From Clostridia bacterium (GTDB taxonomy: Bacteria > Bacillota > Clostridia > Oscillospirales > UBA644), in the NCBI GenBank assembly GCA_017934975.1, contig JAGBIM010000027.1, positions 171,572 through 235,571 on the forward strand: a stretch of 64,000 bases of DNA. The letters are read 5' to 3'. Of the stretch, positions 58,899-64,000 are shown piece by piece; position 1 is the first letter of the stretch, and each line of letters starts with the position of its first letter. A program made the translations under genes and the position numbers. The notes beneath the pieces were generated by a model. That model worked only from the letters and a program-made list of their open reading frames with translations. It searched no databases and had not been told where the DNA came from.

Positions 58899-59141
58899 AT
58901 GGTTGTTGGGGAAGCGGTAAAACTTCGGATTTTGGAACTGTGCAAAGAAAATCATTTGACGGTGAACCGTCTTGCCACGGTTTGCGGAATCACACAATCG
59001 ACCTTGAGCAATATCGTTGGCGGTCGAAACAACAGCACCACCGTTGCGACGGTTCAGAAAATTTGCGACGGGTTGAATCTTTCCATTCAGGATTTTTTTG
59101 CGAGTCCGTTATTTGAAAATCTGGAACAGGAAATCAAGTGA
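58899..59141 (+). CDS. XRE-family HTH regulator (80 aa)
   Basis: HTH_3 pattern (LRILELCKENHLTVNRLATVCGITQSTLSNI). AGGAGGGG RBS. Confidence 0.75.
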   Translation: MVVGEAVKLRILELCKENHLTVNRLATVCGITQSTLSNIVGGRNNSTTVATVQKICDGLNLSIQDFFASPLFENLEQEIK

Positions 59142-59228
59142 GTTGTTTCCTTGATTTTTGTCGAAAATTCACTTGACACCCCGCTTCTTTTGTGCTATAA
59201 TACCCTCGTTTGAGAGGAGTATGATTTT

Positions 59229-59912
59229 ATGAAAAAATTGCGCATGTCTCGGGAATTTTGCTACATACCCGCAACGCTCTTTCTCGCCTTGGGTGCGGCG
59301 CTGATGACCCGGGCAAATTTCGGACTTTCCGCCGTGGTGGCTCCCGCATACTTACTGTCGCAGATTTTCGGAATCTCTTTCGGGACGGCGGAATATTGCC
59401 TGCAAGGGCTTTTGGTTCTCGCGCTCTGTCTGGTGATCCGGCGCTTCCGTTGGACCTATCTTCTGTCCTTCGTTTCCGCTTTTCTTTACGGACTCGTGCT
59501 GGACGGCCTTCTGTGGGGATTGTCTCTTACCGGTTCCTGGAATATTCCCGTGCGCCTCGGCATGATGGCCGTCGGGTTGGTGCTCTGTTCCCTTGGCGTT
59601 GCGTTTTTCTTCAAAACCTATCTTGCCCCCGGCGCATACGAGTTGTTCGTCAAGGAGCTTTCTCTGCGGTATCGGTGGAATATGGGACGGGTCAAGGTGA
59701 TCTACGATCTGACCAGTTGTCTGGTGGCGGTGGTGCTTTCCCTTGCGGTGTTCGGCTCTCTTTTTGAGTACGGCATCGGCCTTGGAACGGTACTGGTGGC
59801 CTGCGTCAACGGCCTACTCATCGGATGGTTTTCCGCCCTGTTGGACAAGAAATTTACCTTCTTTGACCGCTTTGATTTTGCGAAATATTTCGAGTCCTCC
59901 GAAAAAGAATAA
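59229..59912 (+). CDS. YczE-like (DUF6198) integral membrane protein
   Basis: Six-TM protein. The N-terminal pattern resembles YczE-family proteins that are often paired with small regulators. Confidence 0.45.
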   Translation: MKKLRMSREFCYIPATLFLALGAALMTRANFGLSAVVAPAYLLSQIFGISFGTAEYCLQGLLVLALCLVIRRFRWTYLLSFVSAFLYGLVLDGLLWGLSLTGSWNIPVRLGMMAVGLVLCSLGVAFFFKTYLAPGAYELFVKELSLRYRWNMGRVKVIYDLTSCLVAVVLSLAVFGSLFEYGIGLGTVLVACVNGLLIGWFSALLDKKFTFFDRFDFAKYFESSEKE

Positions 59913-59996
59913 AGATTTTTTCAAAAAATCCATTTATTGCAATAAAAAACGAGCCTGCTGTTCTGAAACAGCAGGCTCGTTTTATACCGTTCCGGT

Positions 59997-61061
59997 TTAT
60001 GATTTTTGTGTTTTTTCTTTCGCAATATCCTCCACTTCCGCGCGCAAAAGGGGCAGAATTTTGTCGGGAGAGATGTGACGGATGATCTTGTCGCCGCGGA
60101 AGAGAACGTATTCGCCGTTGGCTCCCGTGACCCCCACGTCGGCCTGTTTTGCTTCTCCCGATCCGTTGACCACGCACCCCATCACCGCCACTTTTACGTG
60201 GGCACGAATGTCCCGGAATTCCCGTTCCACGGTGTTGGCAAGCTCTATGGAATTGACGGTGGTCCGCCCGCAGGTGGGGCAGGAAATGACCTCCACGCCC
60301 TGATCGTAAAGCCCCAGAGAGCGAAGCAGAATTTTCGCCGTTTCCACCTCTTCCAGAGGGTCTGCGGTGAGGGACACGCGGACCGTGTCTCCGATGCCGT
60401 CTAAAAGCAGGGCGCCGATGCCGATAGAGGACTTCACCGTCCCCGACCGTACCGTTCCCGCCTCGGTAACGCCCAGATGCAGAGGATAGGGGGAATTCTG
60501 TGCAAAAATGCGGTAGGCCTCCACCATCATGGGCACGTGGGACGCCTTCATGGAAACCGCCATATCGTAAAAATCAAACTGTTCCAGCAGCTCCACGTTC
60601 CGTTGGGCGCTTTCCGCCAAAGCCTGTGCCGTGGGACGGCCGTATTTTGCTAACAGATCCTTTTCCAGAGATCCTGCATTGACGCCCACGCGGATGGGGA
60701 TCCGGCGGGCCTTTGCCTCGTCGGTGATCTTTTTCAGATTGGTCTTGTCCGTGTTGCCGGGGTTGATGCGGATCTTGTCCGCCCCCGATTCCATGGCAAG
60801 CAACGCCAGCCGCCAATCGTAGTGAATATCCGCCACCAAGGGGATGGAAAGGGCGTTGCGCAGGGCGCGGAAGGGCTCTGCGGACTGCTCGTCGGGGAAG
60901 GATACCCGCAGGATATCGCATCCCGCCTTCTCCAAAGCCAAGGCCTGATTTTTCAGATCTTCAAAGCGGGAAAAGGGGATGGAGCACATGGATTGAATGG
61001 GGATCTGTGCTCCGCCGCCCATGGGGACGCCCCGGGCAATAATCTGACGTTTCGATGCCAT
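59997..61061 (-). CDS. ispG: 4-hydroxy-3-methylbut-2-en-1-yl diphosphate synthase
   Basis: GcpE TIM-barrel motifs and C-terminal cysteine cluster (CPTCGRT...GCVVNG). Confidence 0.95.
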   Translation of the reverse strand: MASKRQIIARGVPMGGGAQIPIQSMCSIPFSRFEDLKNQALALEKAGCDILRVSFPDEQSAEPFRALRNALSIPLVADIHYDWRLALLAMESGADKIRINPGNTDKTNLKKITDEAKARRIPIRVGVNAGSLEKDLLAKYGRPTAQALAESAQRNVELLEQFDFYDMAVSMKASHVPMMVEAYRIFAQNSPYPLHLGVTEAGTVRSGTVKSSIGIGALLLDGIGDTVRVSLTADPLEEVETAKILLRSLGLYDQGVEVISCPTCGRTTVNSIELANTVEREFRDIRAHVKVAVMGCVVNGSGEAKQADVGVTGANGEYVLFRGDKIIRHISPDKILPLLRAEVEDIAKEKTQKS

Positions 61062-61076
61062 AATACGTTACCTCTT

Positions 61077-62108
61077 TCAGATGGGGAAGAAAATATCTTT
61101 GAATGCAATCACAACCATCAATCCCAGCAGCAGGATCAGCCCGATGCCGTGAATCACGCCCTCCACCTTGGGCGGAATGGGGCGACGGATAATCGCCTCG
61201 ATGAGCATACACAAAAACCGTCCTCCGTCCAGGGCGGGCAGGGGGAGCAGGTTCATGACGAAAAGATTGATGGAGATCAGGGCCGCCAGAGAGAGCAGGG
61301 AGGTCCAGCCGTAAGCGGCGGCCTGGCCGATGGCCTCGGAAATGCCGATGGGGCCCGACACGTATTTCAGCGAAACCCGACCCGTGAGCATATCCCGCAG
61401 GGAGCGGTACATGACCGTCAGGTAAGATCCCGTGTCGGAGATTACGTTTTCCACCACGGTTCCGAAGGTTTTTTCTTCCCGAAAGACTTTAAAATCCAGC
61501 ATGGGGGTCTTTAATTCTTCGTCCACCGCCGCCATGGGGAAGGTAACGCTCTGCAGAATCACTTCCTGTCCGTCCCGTTCCACGGTGAGGGAAACCGTGT
61601 CCTCGTTGTAGAGAGAAGAAAGGGTGGTGCTCAGATCCATATAGCCCGAAATGCGGTCCCCGTTGACGGCAACGATCTTATCGTGGATCTGAAGACCGTA
61701 TTGTTGGGAAATTGCGTCTTCGCGGAATTCTGCCACCGTGGTGGAGGGGATGGGCTCTGCGCATACGGTAACCGTCACCAGCACGATGCCCAAAAGCAGG
61801 TTCATCATCGCGCCCGAAAGAACGATGATCATCCGTTGCCAGACGGGTTTGTTGCGCATGGCGCGGGGATCGTCGGGCACCTCTTCGTCTTCGCCCGTCA
61901 TGGCACAGTAGCCTCCGATGGGGAAAAGGCGAAGGGCGTAAAGGGTCTCTTTCCCTTGTTTTTTCCAGATGGCGGGACCCATGCCCAGGGCGAATTCGGT
62001 TACCCGCACGCCGCAGGCCTTTGCCGCGATGAAATGACCCAGCTCGTGAATAAAGATCAACGCACTCAGAATGAGTACGGTGTAAAGGATTTGCAAGAAA
62101 AGTTCCAA
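61077..62108 (-). CDS. rseP: RIP metalloprotease RseP (site-2 protease)
   Basis: HELGHF zinc motif in TM1, PDZ domain, C-terminal LDGG motif. Confidence 0.9.
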   Translation of the reverse strand: MELFLQILYTVLILSALIFIHELGHFIAAKACGVRVTEFALGMGPAIWKKQGKETLYALRLFPIGGYCAMTGEDEEVPDDPRAMRNKPVWQRMIIVLSGAMMNLLLGIVLVTVTVCAEPIPSTTVAEFREDAISQQYGLQIHDKIVAVNGDRISGYMDLSTTLSSLYNEDTVSLTVERDGQEVILQSVTFPMAAVDEELKTPMLDFKVFREEKTFGTVVENVISDTGSYLTVMYRSLRDMLTGRVSLKYVSGPIGISEAIGQAAAYGWTSLLSLAALISINLFVMNLLPLPALDGGRFLCMLIEAIIRRPIPPKVEGVIHGIGLILLLGLMVVIAFKDIFFPI

Positions 62109-62130
62109 AGTAAATGCTCCTTACAGAAAA

Positions 62131-63282
62131 TCAAAGGGACTCAAGATAACGCTTCGTTTCTTCCCGAACTGCCTTGTCACAGGCAAAAATCTGCTCCAGA
62201 TCGGGATTTTTTACGGGTCTGATGCTTTCCGCGATATGCCGAACCGTTTCCACGATGGCAGGGAAGGAGAGCCTGTTGTTCAAAAACGCGTGGACCGCCA
62301 CCTCGTTTGCCGCGTTGACGGCGGTGGGATAAAGTCCGTCCTCCCGAATGGCCCAGCGGCACAGCTCCGTGGCGGGGAAAACCTCTAAATCGGGCTTTGC
62401 AAAGGTCAGCGAGGCCGCCGTAGTCAAATCCAGAGATTCCACGGGGGAGGGCAGACGGTCGGGATAGGTGAGGGCGTACTGAATGGCGATGCGCATGTCG
62501 GGCAAGCCCAGCTGTGCCAGCACGGAATTATCGTCGAATTCAATCAGCGAATGGACGATGCTCTCCCGATGGATCAACACCTCCACGTCCTTTTCTTCCA
62601 CGTCAAACAACCGCACCGCTTCCATGATTTCAAGGCCTTTGTTCATCATCGTGGCACAGTCTACGGTGATTTTTGCCCCCATTTTCCAGCTGGGGTGACG
62701 AAGGGCGTCTGCGGGGGTAACGCAGTTTAATTGTTCTTTCGTTTGTCCGAAGAAGGGACCGCCCGACGCGGTGAGGAAAATCCGTTTCAGCCGCTTGGTT
62801 TCGGGGGCCGCCTGCAGGCATTGGAATACGGCGGAATGTTCGCTGTCCACGGGCAGGATTTTCGCTCCGTGACGGCGTGCTTCCTCTTTGATCAGCGGTC
62901 CCGCGGTGACGAGGGATTCCTTGTTTGCCACGGCAACAGGCTTTCCTCTGCGGATCACTTCCAGAAAGGGCTTCGTGCCCGCCATGCCCACGATGCCGTT
63001 GACTGCCACATCAAAGTCTGCCTCCCGAATCATTTCCAGAAGCCCTTCTTCGCCGCTGAAAACCTTGGTTTTCGTGTCGACTACGCGATTTTTCAGTTCT
63101 TTTGCGGCGTCGGGATCGGTCATGGCCGCAAAGGCGGGACGCAGAGTGCGGATCTGTTCTTCGATGCGGTCCACGTCGGTGTTTGCCGAAAGTCCCGCGG
63201 CGGTAAGACCGAGATTCTCCAGTACGGAGACCGTCTGACGCCCGATGGATCCCGTGGATCCCAAAATAAGAATTTTCTTCAT
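62131..63282 (-). CDS. dxr: 1-deoxy-D-xylulose 5-phosphate reductoisomerase
   Basis: ILGSTGSIG NADPH-binding N-terminus, about 380 aa, conserved DXP_redisom_C blocks. Confidence 0.95.
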   Translation of the reverse strand: MKKILILGSTGSIGRQTVSVLENLGLTAAGLSANTDVDRIEEQIRTLRPAFAAMTDPDAAKELKNRVVDTKTKVFSGEEGLLEMIREADFDVAVNGIVGMAGTKPFLEVIRRGKPVAVANKESLVTAGPLIKEEARRHGAKILPVDSEHSAVFQCLQAAPETKRLKRIFLTASGGPFFGQTKEQLNCVTPADALRHPSWKMGAKITVDCATMMNKGLEIMEAVRLFDVEEKDVEVLIHRESIVHSLIEFDDNSVLAQLGLPDMRIAIQYALTYPDRLPSPVESLDLTTAASLTFAKPDLEVFPATELCRWAIREDGLYPTAVNAANEVAVHAFLNNRLSFPAIVETVRHIAESIRPVKNPDLEQIFACDKAVREETKRYLESL

Positions 63283-63299
63283 ATTATATTATCCGATTC

Positions 63300-64000
63300 T
63301 CAAAAAAATACGGGAACAAACCCGGTCACGGTCCAGACGAAGGGGGCGACGAACCAAATGGAGTCGAAACGGTCCATGATGCCGCCGTGTCCGGGGATCA
63401 GGGTTCCGTAATCCTTGATGCCGTAGTGCCGCTTGACCAGAGACGCGGTCAGGTCTCCCAGAATGGAGATCAGCGTGCCGGGAACGGCGTAAAGGGCAAC
63501 CGCCCAATAATTGACCGAAACGCCCTCCGCGTAGCTGCCAACGAGCCAGGCGTAAAGGAAGGTGAGCCCCACGCAGATGATAAGGCCGCCCACCGCCCCT
63601 TCGACGGTCTTTTTGGGGGAGATTACGGGAGCAAGCTTATGTTTTCCGAAGGCGGACCCGCAGAGGTACGCACCCGTGTCGGGAATCCAGGAAAGAACGA
63701 AGATCAGAATCAGATGCCAAAGGCCTTGAATCCCCTCCCGTACCAAAACGAGGGTGGAGAAGAAATACGCCACGATCAGCGTCATGGCCAAGGCGAAAAT
63801 CAAATCTCCCAAGGAGATTTTTCCGTAATTCTTCAGATAATATGTAAACGCTGCAAAAATCAGCAGGATCGTTGCCGCCGTCAGCCAGGGACGGAATCCG
63901 TCAAAGGCGGAGCAGAAGACGAAGCCCCCCGCGAAAAGCACGGAGCAGATGGTCAGAGCCTTATGCTTTGCAACCCCTCCCGCCTTCAGCATTTCGTACA
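63300..64000 (-). CDS. cdsA: Phosphatidate cytidylyltransferase (partial, runs off the window end)
   Basis: CTP_transf_1 signature SWIPDTGAYLCGSAFGKHKLAPVISPKKTVEG. Canonical cdsA-dxr-rseP-ispG order. Confidence 0.85.
   Translation of the reverse strand, partial: YEMLKAGGVAKHKALTICSVLFAGGFVFCSAFDGFRPWLTAATILLIFAAFTYYLKNYGKISLGDLIFALAMTLIVAYFFSTLVLVREGIQGLWHLILIFVLSWIPDTGAYLCGSAFGKHKLAPVISPKKTVEGAVGGLIICVGLTFLYAWLVGSYAEGVSVNYWAVALYAVPGTLISILGDLTASLVKRHYGIKDYGTLIPGHGGIMDRFDSIWFVAPFVWTVTGFVPVFF

Overview
High-GC (about 55-60% by eye) chromosomal segment from an endospore-forming Firmicute, most likely a Clostridia member. The evidence is the yabM-hup-yabO-yabP-yabQ-divIC-yabR synteny together with spoIVA, cotH and cotF-like genes. 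I call about 60 protein genes, one tRNA-Arg(CCG), and a set of sigma-A-like promoters, operators and intrinsic terminators.

The content is mostly housekeeping and envelope functions: a VanY-type peptidase, cyclophilin, UDG, MtnN, HU, pyruvate kinase, PotABCD, prfA, prs, IspG, RseP, Dxr and CdsA. There are three efflux modules (two MATE pumps and a MarR-regulated heterodimeric ABC exporter). A carbohydrate cluster holds two tandem DUF4091 paralogs, a lyxose-isomerase-like cupin, a fused ABC ATPase-FtsX permease, HAD phosphatases, a GH78-like hydrolase and a GDPD. An envelope cluster holds YfhO, an HK/RR two-component system and a TVP38/DedA protein.

Structure the gene calls do not explain:
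- A 730-bp non-coding, GC-rich region upstream of prfA, packed with a family of G/C hairpins and two copies of a 20-nt direct repeat.
- An SPFH / Zn-ribbon / TPM triad resembling B. subtilis ydjGHI, but without pspA.
- An AT-rich islet encoding an XRE repressor with a perfect 19-bp palindromic operator, divergent from TM2-domain and DUF2752 membrane proteins.
- A second AT-rich segment with two paralogous zinc-ribbon membrane proteins, an XRE regulator and a YczE-like protein.
- An in-frame ManA-ROK kinase fusion.
- A 12-bp inverted repeat bracketing the cotH promoter and RBS.

No CRISPR array, rRNA or obvious transposase was seen.
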